From Eledone cirrhosa (lineage: Eukaryota): 64,000 nucleotides of DNA. The stretch covers positions 14,136,001-14,200,000 of the forward strand of contig OZ024751.1 of the NCBI GenBank assembly GCA_964016885.1, written 5' to 3'. Position 1 is the stretch's first letter. Each line of letters starts with the position of its first letter. Shown piece by piece: positions 37,151 to 56,249 of the stretch. Under the pieces are notes generated by a model. It ran no database searches. It was not told the origin of the DNA and saw only the letters and a list, made by a program, of their open reading frames with translations. The translations under genes and the position numbers were made by a program.

Positions 37151-37819
37151 TAATACTGAACAAAAGCACTTTATGAGAAGATGTTTAACACCAGTACCTG
37201 GTCATTTAATGCCTTTAGTAGGGTTCGCCCTGTTTAACACTACCACCTGGTCCTTTGGTTACCTTTAGCAAGGTTCACCGTTTAACACTACCACCTATTC
37301 CTTGGGTACCTTTAAGTGTTCACCCTTTTTAACACCACCACTCGGTTCTTTGGCTACCTTTAGAAGATTCCACCCTGTTTAACACCACCACCAGCTCGCC
37401 TTTGCTTACATTTAGTAGACTCCACCCTCCTGAGAAATCCATCTCTTTTTCCTTTATTTACTTTGTGTAATGAAATGTAAATTGCATCAAACCGTAACCA
37501 TAATCGTGATTTAGCTATTAAAAGAAATCACAAAAACTAGAACAGTTACTTTGTAATAAGAACATTTAGAAAGAACAGCTGAGACAACACTGGTGCAATC
37601 AATACACGACGTTGTATACACTATAACATGTTTCATATCTAAGTTTTTGTGCAATTGGTCATCATCATCATCACTGTTTTACGTTCATTTTCCACGCTAG
37701 CATGGGTTAGACGAGTTGTCCTGTTGAGGGCAATGCTAGATCAGGTGACCATGTCTAGCTCATACAGAACTGATCCTGGCTTGGTCTCTGCAGCTGGATG
37801 CCCTTCCTAACGCCAACCT

Positions 37820-38185
37820 TATTTACAGTGAGTACTGGGTGCTTTTTGTTGACACCTACACGACCACATTACAGTGTGGACTGGGTGCTTTTTGTCATGA
37901 TATCTACACGACTATTTTACAGTGTGGGCTGGGTGCTTTTTGTCGTGACACCTACACAGCACTTTACAGTGTGGCCTAGGTGCTTTTTATCATGGCACCA
38001 AAAATGACCACTTTACAGTGTGGACTGGGTGCTTTTTGTCGTGACACCTACACGACTACTTTACAGTGTGAGCTGGGTGCTTTTTGTCATGACACCTACA
38101 CAACACTTTACAGTGTGGACTGGGTGCTTTTTTTTCGTGACACTTACACGACTACCTTACAGTGTGGGCTGGGTGCTTTTTGTAA
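37820..38185. repeat. ~47-bp tandem repeat within the SINE family B tail
   Basis: ttacagtgtggactgggtgctttttgtc.tgacacctacacgac, about 8 copies. Confidence 0.8.
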
Positions 38186-38619
38186 TGTTTATTAAGTTGC
38201 TACTGGTGTATGATAACGACTCTGCCAATTTATCGATCTACACCTTCGTTGTACTATCCGATTGACAAAACGATTGACTAACGCGTCTGCAACATTGCCG
38301 GACATTTTCAACATCTCAGAAACAATACCCTGATAATCCAGCCCCTCCTACTTTCATATCTTTAATAGTGTTTTCAACCGTAAGTCTGTCAATGTTATAT
38401 CGCCTGAGTGAAGAAGTGCCAGAAAATCCCCAGTGGAAGGAAGCCACAGTAGAGGTAACTAAGGAAGAGTTCGGCAGAGATGGTGAGAACTGATCTCAAA
38501 TTGCTGAGACTTACAGAGGAGATGACGAAGGAACGCGAAGAGTATAAAGATGCTGTGCTAAAAAGGGCGTGAAAACGACGATGATGCCTCTAATGTGCCA
38601 GGTCCCTTTCTTCTCCTAA

Positions 38620-38968
38620 TCTATCTATCTAGGGCAGGTAAAATTCCCGAGATCCATGGACGAGTTCTCGCCAGCGGTCTCTGTCCTTCATCATTGCCAG
38701 TATGTCCCGCGTCTCCCAGATACCAGTGTCTGTCCTTAGGGCATCAACATACGTGATCCTTGGTCTCCCTCTTCCAATGTGTCCGTGTAGGTGATCCCAC
38801 GGGACCACTGAGTGCAGTGTCAACTTTGAATGTCGGTGAGCATGTTCAGCTAACCTCAGTCTCCGCTGTGTTACTTTCGGGCTGACTTTTGGGAGGCTTC
38901 CGTACAGCTCTGAGTTCTTCATCCTCAGTGTGTACTGATTAATGTTCAGAGCCATCCTCAGCATTCTT
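38620..38968 (-). pseudogene. RTE-clade LINE 3' fragment with TAGA tail
   Basis: ORF 38629-38964 RMLRMALNINQY..RRLRLAEHAHRH..RGRPRITYVDALRTDTG..REFYLP*. Confidence 0.88.
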
Positions 38969-39354
38969 CTTCTTAGCGATGTCCTAATTCAGCAACCACT
39001 TATAACAGCTTTTCTTTCTTCTGAGCGTGAGCATGAGTGCGCTGTTATAATTGTGTACTCGCTTGAGGGTGATGGATTGGCAGTATCAGTAGAGCGTCGG
39101 ACAAAATCTTCGCCAGTATTTAATGACATTCTATGAGGTCAAATCCGAAGAGTTAAAAGATATAGTTAAGTAATGTACTGGGAGTCAAATAAAATTGACT
39201 TCCCCTTCACCCAAACTACTGGCCTTGTGCCTAAGTTAGAAAGAAATATTTTGTAGTCACTTCCCATCAACGACATCCTGATTCACACTGAAACACTGCT
39301 TTACAGAACTTAACACCTCATTGCTTCTGCTTATCTTGTCATGAAACATTAACA

Positions 39355-39700
39355 ACGGCGTCCTAGTTCACACGGGCACGCTGCATTACGATACGGAACA
39401 TCTTATGTTAACGACTTCCTAGTTCACACTAACACACAGCTTTACGATGCAGAACTCCGCCTTGTGTCAGATCAACGACCTTCTAGTTCACATGGACACA
39501 GTGTATTGTGATAGGGAACATCTCCTTGTGTCAGATCAACGACGTCCTAGTTCACATGGACACAGTGTATTGTGATAGGGGACATCTCGTGTGAACAACT
39601 TCCTAGTTCACACGGACACAGTGTATTGTGATAGGGGACATCTTGTGTGAAAAACTTCCGAGTTCACATGGACACAGTGTATTACGATATGGGACACTTT
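39355..39700. repeat. Degenerate ~55-65-bp tandem repeat
   Basis: cctagttcaca.ggacacagtgtattgtgataggg, about 6 copies. Confidence 0.75.
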
Positions 39701-39838
39701 CATACAGATATCTGACGTCTAGCTTTCAACATGGTTTCATTTTTGATGGACACACACACACACCCAGGTAAATTGTGTAGTTCCAACGGAAGGATCGTCC
39801 GTTTCAATTTGAGTTCTGTAAGTTTCTTAAGGGGGTTC

Positions 39839-39865
<27 letters not shown>

Positions 39866-39869
<4 letters not shown>

Positions 39870-40060
39870 GGTAAAATTCCGCTATAACGAATACTATTAT
39901 AACGAATTTTTCATTATAACGAATTTTTCAGTATAACGAATTTTTTGTCAATACCCGGCTACATGGTCGATGTTTTAGGTCGATCTCGTTATAAAGAATT
40001 CTTCGTTACAACGAATTTTTTAATACCCTGTGAGTTTCGCTATTACGGAATTTCACTATA
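39866..40060. mobile_element. Tc1/mariner-pogo-like MITE
   Basis: TIR-like tacaggtaaaattccgctataacgaa / ttcgctattacggaatttcactata; internal TATAACGAA repeats; TA flanks. Confidence 0.65.
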
Positions 40061-40519
40061 TATATATAGTAATAATAATAAATGTGAAGACTAAAATCCA
40101 AAGAGGGCTCGATAAGGATAAATATATATCAAATATATAAGAACTCTAGAGCAAATATTTATTAAAATAATTTATATAGATGTGTGAGTGCGTGTGTGTG
40201 TGTGCGCGTGTGCGTGCACGCGCAAACAAGCAATCATATAAATCCGAACGCAGGCACACCCAGAAGAACCACAAAGCAATCTCGAATGTCCTATAGGTAA
40301 ATAATTGTTTCTACTTTTGGCACAAGGCCAGCAATTATCTCAGTGTATTACTGGTACTTCATTTTATCGACAATAATACATTCAGAAAACAAAGTCAACA
40401 ATAAAAAAAAAACATCTAGTCGTTAAAACCATCGGATTTCAAACGTAAAAACCGAGCTGATCATAAACTAAATGTCTATATTAGAGCTAAGACATCCGCC
40501 ATAATCCCTACCTCAGACA

Positions 40520-40815
40520 TCTATATAATACTAAGTCTGTGATTGCTTGCTTGCCTGTAATTTAATACAGCCAAAAGGGTGCATAATGGGAAAATACTTT
40601 GAAAGGAAGTTGCCTCTGAAATGGGAATACAAATGGAATAAAACAGGTTTCGCGTAAATCGGACCACGGGTTCCCGAGATATGGGGTTTTCCGGGTACCT
40701 TCATAAACAAAGAGAGAGAAAGAGATAGTGGTTGTGACAGAGTAGATTGAAAGATAGAGATAAAGAGAGACAGGGGAGACAGAGAAGGAGAATAGAAGAG
40801 AGCTGGTGATGGTGT

Positions 40816-40865
<50 letters not shown>

Positions 40866-40917
40866 GTGTGTATATTAGTGTTTCTGTCTATGACCAGTGT
40901 ATATAGATCACAGACAC

Positions 40918-40960
<43 letters not shown>

Positions 40961-41176
40961 TATATACACACACATATATATATACACACACATTTATATA
41001 TATACATACACACACACATTTATATATATATACATACACACACACATCCAGTTTCATTTCACATTATATACAAGTCTGTGTATATTTTAATTATTTAAAA
41101 ATTATTTTTAAGTGAACATGATTTTTTTTAAATATTTTGAAGCAAACGTGACCCAAATGGTCACGGGGGCGTGTAG
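40520..41176 (+). mobile_element. Non-autonomous Helitron-like element
   Basis: 5' TCTATATAATACTAAG; 3' hairpin CGTGACC CAAAT GGTCACG followed by GTAG|T. Confidence 0.6.
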
Positions 41177-41470
41177 TCATCTATATTTATCAACCCTTAA
41201 CCTGCTCTAAATATCAGTATGGGGAAGACGGACTTTTTCAATCTGCAGCCGTCAAATTACGCAGTTTCTGTACAAGAATAGATCTTAGACAATATCCATT
41301 ATTACCTGCAGTGACTACAACTCCATTATGTAATAGGACATGCTCCACACTCTCCTGTGTACCCTTCACCTTAAGCTCTCAAACAATCCTCCAAGATGAT
41401 GTGATGTCGCGCGTCGGGAGGCCCAGGTTTCACATAAAAAGACCAAATTAATAGTCAAGCAAAATATACT

Positions 41471-41725
41471 ATTAATCAGTACACACTGAGGATGAAGAAC
41501 TCAGAGCTGTACGGGAGCCTCCCAAAAGTCAGCTCGAAAGTAACACAGCGGAGACTGAGGTTAGCTGGACATGCTCACCGACATTCAGAGTTGACACTGC
41601 ACTCAGTGGTCCCGTGGGATCACCTACGCGGACACATTGGAAAAGGGAGACCAAGGATGATATATGTTGATGCCCTAAGGAGAGCACTGGTCTCTGGAAG
41701 ACGCGGGACATAGTGGCAATGATGA
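41471..41725 (+). pseudogene. RTE-clade LINE fragment
   Basis: MKNSELYGSLPKVSSKVTQRRLRLAGHAHRH; near-identical to the 38620 copy. Confidence 0.85.
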
Positions 41726-42015
41726 CAACCGCCAATATTGGACGTGGTCCATAAAAATGCCTATAAACCTCAAAATATAATGCAAAATGTAATTTTAAAA
41801 AAAGGAGGGTGCGTCTAATAGCCCGGCAAATACGGTATATTGTTATTAATAATTTAGCGTTAAAATATATATATATTGCCCCGAAAAAAGCCATAGTAAA
41901 ATCCGCGGAAGATATTTATGATCCCGCGAATATGCGGTGGCTTCCACAAACAATTATTAGTTAGGTTCTAAGGAAAATCCCACAAATAACCGGTACTGCG
42001 AATGCCGGGAGTACA

Positions 42016-42076
<61 letters not shown>

Positions 42077-42255
42077 GAAAATGTTGACATGGCTCTAGGA
42101 TATCGAAGCTAACCACTTTCTATTCGTCAATATATCGATTCTTTATGATCAATGAAACATCTGAAACAACCGCAAAACAATGAACTAATTAACCTAGATT
42201 TGCCTTTTGTTTTGTTTTATTTTCATTGTTCAAAACACATACACACACACAGTGA

Positions 42256-44095
42256 AAAGAAACTATCAGGAGAGCTGGACAGCAGAAGATCTTCTGAGAA
42301 TAAACTCTTAGGAGAGCTGGACAACAGAAGGTCTTCAGAGAAGAAACTATCAGGAGAGCTGGACAGCAGAAGGTCTTCAGAGAAGAAACTCTCAGGAGAG
42401 CTGGACAGCAGAAGGACTTCAGAGAAGAAACTCTCAGGAGAGCTGGACAGCAGAAGGACTTCAGAGAAGAAACTCTCAGGAGAGCTGGACAGCAGAAGGT
42501 CTTCAGAGAAGAAACTCTCAGGGGAGCTGGACAGCATAAGGTCTTCAGAAAAGAAATTCTCAGGAGAGCTGGACAGCAGAAGGTCTTCAGAGAAGAAACT
42601 CTCAGGAGAGCTGGACAGCAGAAGGACTTCAGAGAAGAAACTCTCAGGAGAGCTGGACAGCAGAAGGACTTCAGAGAAAAACTCTCAGGAGAGCTGGACA
42701 GCAGAAGGTCTTCAGAGAAGAAACTCTCAGGGGAGCTGGACAGCATAAGGTCTTCAGAAAAGAAATTCTCAGGAGAGCTGGACAGCAGAAGGACTTCAGA
42801 GAAGAAACTATCAGGAGAGCTGGACAGCAGAAGGTCTTCAGAGAAGAAACTCTCAGGAGAGCTGGACAACAGAAGGTCTTCATAGAAGAGACTCTCAGGA
42901 GAGCTCGACAGCAGAAGGTCTTCAGAGAAGAGACACTCAGGAGAGCTGGACAGTAGAAGGTCTTCAGAGAAGAAACTCTCAGGAGAGCTGGACAGCAGAA
43001 GGTCTTCAGAGAAGAAACTCTCAGGAGAGCTGGACAGCAGAAGGTCTTCAGAGAAGAAACTCTCAGGAGAGCTGGACAGCAGAGGGTCTTCAGATAAGGA
43101 ACTCTCAGGGGAGCTGGACAGCAGAAAGTCTTCAGAGAAGAGACTCTCGGGGGAGCTGGACAGCAGAGGGTCTTCAGAGAAGAGACTCTCAGGGGAGCTG
43201 GACAGCAGAGGGTCTTCAGAGAAGAAACTCTCAGGAGATCTGGACAGCAGAAGGTCTTCAGAGAAGAAACACTCAGGAGAGCTCGACAGCAGAAGGTTGT
43301 CTGAGAAGAAACTCTCAGGAGAGCTGGACAGTAGGTCTTCAAAGAAACTCTCAGGAGAGCTGGACAGCAAAAGGTCTTCAGAGAAGAAACTCTCAGGAGA
43401 GCTGGACAGCAAAAGGTCTTCAGAGAAGAAACTCTCAGGAGAGCTGGACAGCAGAAGGTCTTCAGAGAAGAAACTCTCAGGAGAGCTGGACAGCAGAAGG
43501 TCTTCGTAGAAGAGACTCTCAGGAGAGCTGGACAGCAGAAGGTCTTCAGATAAGAAACTCTCAGGAGAGCTCGACAGTAGAAGGTCTTCAGAGAAGAAAC
43601 TCTCAGGAGAGCTCGACAGTAGAAGGTCTTCAGAGAAGAACCTCTCAGGAGAGCTGGACAGCAGAAGGTCTTCAGAGAAGAACCTCTCAGGAGAGCTGGA
43701 CAGCAGAAGGTCTTCAGAGAAGAAACTCTCAGGAGAGCTGGACAGCAGAAGGTCTTCTGGGAAAAGACTCTCAGGAGAGCTGGACAGTAGAAGGTCTTCA
43801 GAGAAGAACCTCTCAGGAGAGCTGGACGGCAGAAGGTCTTCAGAGAAAACACTCTCAGGAGAGCTGGACAGCAGAAGGTCTTCAGAGAAAAGACTCTCAG
43901 GAGAGCTGGACAGTAGAAGGTCTTCAGAGAAGAAACTCTCAGGAGAGCCGGACAGCAGAAGGTCTTCAGAGAAGAAACTCTCAGGAGAGCTGGACAGCAG
44001 AAGGTCTTCTGAGAAGAGACTCTCAGGAGAGCTGGACAGCAGAAGGTCTTCAGAGAATAAACTCTCAAGAGAGCTGGACAGCAGGTCTTCAGAGA
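42256..44095. repeat. 42-bp minisatellite, ~44 copies
   Basis: Unit tcaggagagctggacagcagaaggtcttcagagaagaaactc. Confidence 0.97.
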
Positions 44096-44320
44096 ATAGA
44101 AAAAGGCGAGTGTTTCGGCCTATGACTCTGTAGCTAATTTACAATCTACAATGGAACCTTATGTGATGGATGCCTACTACAGAAACAATAGCTCTCACTG
44201 CATGATCTTGTTGGAATCAAGATTGCATTGAGTTCTTCAAGACTGCATTGAGTTCTAACAACATTATTGGACCTATCATAGACTGGTGAATATCTATATA
44301 TTTGTTTGTGCGTGTATACA

Positions 44321-44354
<34 letters not shown>

Positions 44355-44402
44355 CACATACATACATTTATATACATATATATATATATATACATATGTA
44401 TA

Positions 44403-44588
44403 TAATATAGAAATAGATTTTACAAGAGTAGTTTCATTCGGGAGAAATCATCAGGGCTTTCCTGGTGATTTCTCCCGAATGAAACTGTTCTCGTCCTGTA
44501 GAATCCATTTCTATATTAAATATTTATACTCTATGTATTGAGTACCTTACTTACTGTGGTGACCCCCGATTGAGCCCGGGATAAACAT
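44403..44588 (+). mobile_element. Fold-back element: arms 44403-44455 and 44461-44518 plus tail; hammerhead-like core
   Basis: CTGATGA (left arm, minus) or CTGGTGA (right arm) TTTCTCCCGAAT GAAAC. The tail is homologous to 60660-60780. Confidence 0.75.
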
Positions 44589-44668
44589 TATATATATAGA
44601 GAGAGACAGAGAAATAGAAATAACAACACAATCGGTACAGTATATGGAAGGAATATATTATGTCACAC

Positions 44669-44767
<99 letters not shown>

Positions 44768-44804
44768 TATATATATATATTCATATATATGCATATATAT
44801 ACAT

Positions 44805-44837
<33 letters not shown>

Positions 44838-44865
44838 CATACACACACACATATATATATATATA

Positions 44866-45060
44866 TGGTGGCTGCCAACTCGTTTTCGAGTACGGCCACT
44901 ACTTTATATCCATGTAGGAATCCCCTACCGATGTGCTGAACGAGTGTGACTTTTTAGCCCAGCCAGCGACTTGAAAACTCTGGTACAAACACTACACCTG
45001 TGACAATTATTGACACATAGCGCTAGGCCCATGGTACCATGTGACGACAAGTGTAGAGAG
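44866..45060 (-). mobile_element. RTE-like 3' end with C2H2-like motif
   Basis: [25 protein letters not shown], then a short hairpin-containing UTR ending at (TA)n. Confidence 0.55.
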
Positions 45061-45700
45061 ATCTCCAGATATAAAGCAAAGTCTGTGCCGCTTACGTGGC
45101 ACCAATGCTGCACATGCTGTCCATATTGAGCTCAGGATGTTCTGGAGTACAGTGTTGACATCTCCAGAGTCGTAGAACTCAAGCCAGTTTGGCCGTTGCA
45201 ACTCGGTGCAGTAACAGTTCCAGTCTGCTTTATTCCAGTCAAAGTGAGCAGTTTGGAGATGGTTGTGGTTCTTGTTACTGCCCATGAGGGATAGATTGGC
45301 AACGATCATAGCATGATCAGAGTTACCTAAAGGTTCCTCAGCAGTAACACTAATGACCGTTTCAGGAGTAGTGGTGAAGAGTAGGTCCAAAGTGTTGTCA
45401 CCTCTCGTTGGGGAGGTGACCACCTGGGACCAACTCGAGTCCAGCACTAGCTCAAGGAAGTCATTTGCACTTGGCGGCCAACGAAAGGTTTCCCAGTCAA
45501 TCTCAGGGTGATTGAAGTCACCTGCAATGAAAACAAAAGTGGCTGTCTTCCTGGCAGCAGCTCTGAGGATATCAAAAAGTTGAGTGTCCTGATGGTAATT
45601 TGGCGGAAGGTAAACGACTCTGAGTAGCAGTGTTGACATGGTCATACGTATATCGCAGAAAAAAAACTTCCTGCTGTGATTGGTTCAAATCAGCACAAGG
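45060..45700 (-). pseudogene. CR1/L2-type APE endonuclease fragment
   Basis: VYLPP..AGDFNHPEIDW..PTRGDNTLDLLFT..LGNSDHAMI. Confidence 0.85.
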
Positions 45701-45812
45701 AATTGTTGAACGTACATACTTACCTTATACACATTAACGGCTGAGTAGCCCAATTTGCATATCGAGTGGGTTAATCGGCCGGGTGAACCGAAACAATCTG
45801 GCAGGAAGGTAT

Positions 45813-45855
45813 ACGTTGCTGACGATAGCTAATATGCTTGAAACTAGTACAGCGT
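45813..45855 (+). ncRNA. Minimal hammerhead ribozyme (second copy 61092-61134 on -)
   Basis: ACGTTG CTGACGA TAGC TAATAT GCTT GAAAC TA GTA CAGCGT; palindromic ACTAGT stem III; GUA site. Confidence 0.82.
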
Positions 45856-45974
45856 TCCTTTGTCAGTGTTGAACAAACGAGCAACGATGGTTGCTAGACA
45901 CTACAGCTTAATACGGGATGTTTGTTTACAAACACACCGAGCATTATAATAAATGTTCGGTGAATCCATACGTA

Positions 45975-47117
<1,143 letters not shown>

Positions 47118-47118
47118 G

Positions 47119-47547
47119 TAGGAGGTGAGTTTTATTGTAGTACAATAAAGCAATGCAGATATCGGATAAGAAGCACTCTACAGTTTGTGGGACTGGAGTA
47201 TGCATAATATAAGATCAAAAGATGGTTAAAGGAGTTCAATATATTTTATTATGCGCATTTCAAAAACAAACATCATCAAACAATAATATTTGTGTTTTCA
47301 TCAGATAAAACAGGAGAACATGATATGAAGGCTAAAAAAACACTTGTTGATAGTGCAGTTTTAAATCAACATATGTTGATTTAAAACTGCACTATCAACA
47401 AGTGTTTTTTTAGCCTTCATATCATGTTCTCCTGTTTTATCTGATGAAAACACAAATATTATTGTTTGATGATGTTTGTTTTTGAAATGCGCATAATAAA
47501 ATATATTGAACTCCAACTCCTTTAACCATCTTTTGATCTTATATTAT
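47119..47547 (-). mobile_element. Fold-back element: spacerless palindrome 47204-47547 (centre CATATG) plus tail 47119-47203
   Basis: ~170-bp arms, apparently identical apart from a 6-bp AACTCC duplication. Confidence 0.88.
47435..47501 (+). ncRNA. Type I hammerhead ribozyme (mirror copy in the left arm)
   Basis: TTTTAT CTGATGA AAACACAAATATTATT GTTT GATGATGTTTGTTTTT GAAA TGCGCA TA ATAAAA; palindromic stem III; AUA site. Confidence 0.82.
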
Positions 47548-53212
<5,665 letters not shown>

Positions 53213-53298
53213 AACTTTGAATAACTTTGAAATGTTTTGGCCAGTATTGGCCCAGGCCATGTCTAACTTAATAGCACCACCTGGCGAAGTCTTTCAAT

Positions 53299-56249
53299 TC
53301 AGGATTTGGGCACCATGGCCCATTCGAGAAGAGAATTACTGTTTGCGGAGACATATCCGGGTGTGGGTGGTTTGTCCGGGATTACTTGGAGGAATTTGTC
53401 CAAAGACTTCTTGAATTTTGTGTGGTCAGTTTCTGTTATGACGTGTCCTGGTGTGATGTTGAAGAGAGCAGGGCCGATTGAGGTGAAATAATTGTGCCGT
53501 ATTGTTGTTATGAGTTGCGATTTAGATTTTTGAATGGGACGGATAGCACGGGGCCCAAGCCTTTGGTGTATCTTGAAGGCGATGCCAACATCATTTGGGC
53601 AGTGATGATGGAACATTTTCCACATCATGCAGATAATATAACGCTCACGGCGACGTTGGAGTGAGTAAAGTTTCAGGTTTTCTAATCGACCCCAGTAGTC
53701 AAGGTCTGACATGCCATCTATCTTTTTCGTGATTGCCCTTTGAGGAGCTTCAAGTTTCATGATACTTTGTTTCGTGTGGGGAGACCACAGTGGACAACAG
53801 TATTCAAGGTGTGGTCGGGCAAAAGTAGAGAAGAGAAGGATAATGGTGCGGGAATCTCTCGACTGGAAGGTTCTGAGGATCCAGGAACACATTCTGCGGG
53901 CCATGTCAACTTTGCTGCTTATATGCGTGGTCCAGCTTATGTTGCTGTCCACGGTTACTCCCAAGTCTCTGATGTTGTTAGATGCCACGAGAGTTTCCCC
54001 GGAGGGAAGGGAGTACGGGAGTTTCAGAGCATCCTCTTTTCCAAAGTGGATCAGTTCGAATTTGTCTTCGTTCAGTAACATGTTGTTCTTTTCTGCCCAT
54101 TGGGTAACAGCCAGTAGGTCTGACTGAAGACTTATCCGGTCATCCACGCCATTGATGACCTTTTGGAGCTTGGAATCATCAGCGAAAATTTTAATGTTGC
54201 TGTGTTTGATGATGTCAGTGATGTCATTAATATAGATGATGAAGAGAAGTGGGCCCAACACAGTGCCTTGTGGGACCCCACTACTGACCTTGGCTGGGCT
54301 TGATTTGACTCCCTCAACTACAACATGTTGGGTTCTGTTTGACAGGAAGCTCTTGATCCACTGCAGAAGCTTTCCAGTGACACCAATATTGGACAGCTTT
54401 CTCAGTAGAATGTTATGATCAACCCTGTCAAAGGCCTTGCTGAAATCAAGGTAGATAACATCAGTGTTGGAACCCTCTCCCAAGGCTCTCAAAATGTCAT
54501 CAAAGTGATGCAGTAGCTGCGTCAGGCAATCCCTTCCATTACGGAATCCATGCTGGTTGGAGTTCAGCATATTGTTACTCTCAAGGAAGTGGGTCATTCG
54601 CGATCTCACCACTCTCTCAAATACCTTAATGATATGAGAGGTGAGTGAGATTGGACGGTAATTCACGGCAAGGGATTTGTTTCCCTTTTTGAAAACTGGG
54701 ACAACAGACTAGGATAGAATGCAAGTTGGTGTTGACACGCCTTCAAGACACAAGCAGGGAACCTATCGGGACCTACTGCTGAATTATGCTTGATTTCCTT
54801 TATTGCCGCCAAGACATCAGGGGCGCCAAACGTTATGTCCGATAAGGTGTAATGGGGAGTAACATCGCCGATACAGCCCAGATCGGCCATATCAGGATTG
54901 CTGAAAACAGAGCAGTATTGTTTCTGCAGTATCTCACCCATGGTTTTAGCATTGTCTTGAAGAGTGCCATTTTCATCAATTAGAGGGCCAACAGTAGAGC
55001 CAGTGATTTTGTGTTTTTTTGCAAATGAAAAGAACACTTTGGGATTGAGTTTGATCTTCTCAATGGCCCAGGCCTCTTCAGCTCTTCTCTGATTGTTGAT
55101 GAGGGACATTATGTTGTTTTGGAGGTTATGTTTTTTAATCTCTAGTGATGAAATGGCAGTCAAGTTGATGTGTTGCTGCTGACAGTATTTCAGCTTGTTG
55201 ATTTTTTTGTTCGTTCTCTTAATTTTTCTGATGAGCGTTTTTCTATTTCTAGGGATTCTGCTCTTAGATTTGTTTATAGTTCTTAATGGGGTGTGTTTAG
55301 CACATATGTTTGTAACAGTGTCCACAAATGTCTGCCAGGACTTTTTGATGTTAGTGGGTGTATGAGTGTGCGTGAAGGACCAGTCGACATGTGCAAGATC
55401 ATGACTGATCGCTTCCCAGTTTGCATTGTGGAAATCCATAGCGTCAAACGGATGGACAGGAGAGATGACATTGGGTTTGTATATTGGACGGTGGAATCTC
55501 AGATCACAGAGAACCATGTCATGATCAGAGAGTAGAGTTTTCTCCACTGCAATATTGTGGATATTGTCAGTGTGATTGCTGAAAATTAAGTCTAGGACGT
55601 TTTTGTGGCACCTCGTTGGTTTGAGCACCAGTTGGGATAGGAAGAAATCATCCATGAAGTCAAGAAGCGATTCCACAGCTTCCCTGTCAGAGGTTGAGGC
55701 AGAAGAACCTGGTGGCAGGCTGTTTGTGGACCAGTCAACTCCGGGGAGGTTGAAGTCCCCCATCATTAAGATGTTGTCAGGGTGACACTCTTGGATGAAA
55801 CACTTTATGCTGTTGAGGCATCGTACAGGCGTTTGGGGTGGCCTATAGAGCCCAACTACTAATAGGTTGTTGGTTTGACTGAATACAGTGACTGCTTCAC
55901 AGTATCCATTAGTGAATATGTTCATAGCCTCTGTTGAGAAAGAATTATGGACATAAATGGCAGTTCCGCCCTTTCTTCTGCCAGCGCGATCAGCACGGAT
56001 GGCTTTGAAATTTTTCACTTTCACCTCGGCTTCCAAGTGGAGGTTACTGAGATGGGTTTCAGTGAGGACGAAGAAAGGGATGTGGTTTGGATGGACATCA
56101 ATCCAGTCCTCCAGGAATTTGATCTTCCATTTTTGAGTATTGGTGGAAGGGCTGATGCCTTGGGCGTTAAGCAAAAATGTAGAGGCGAGAGTGGATGGTT
56201 TTAATTGTTTTGGTGTGTTGTTAATTTGTTTGTTTGTTAATGGCAGCAA
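53299..56249 (-). pseudogene. CR1-type ORF2 (APE endonuclease + RT), broken by a small deletion/frameshift near 54710
   Basis: LTETHL, YRPP, GDFNLP, LDLIF, SDH; NYRPISLTSH, QHGF, YLDFSKAFDRVDH, GVPQGTVLGP, FADD, RDLGV, LEYC..WSP, SLQRRRERY. Confidence 0.92.
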
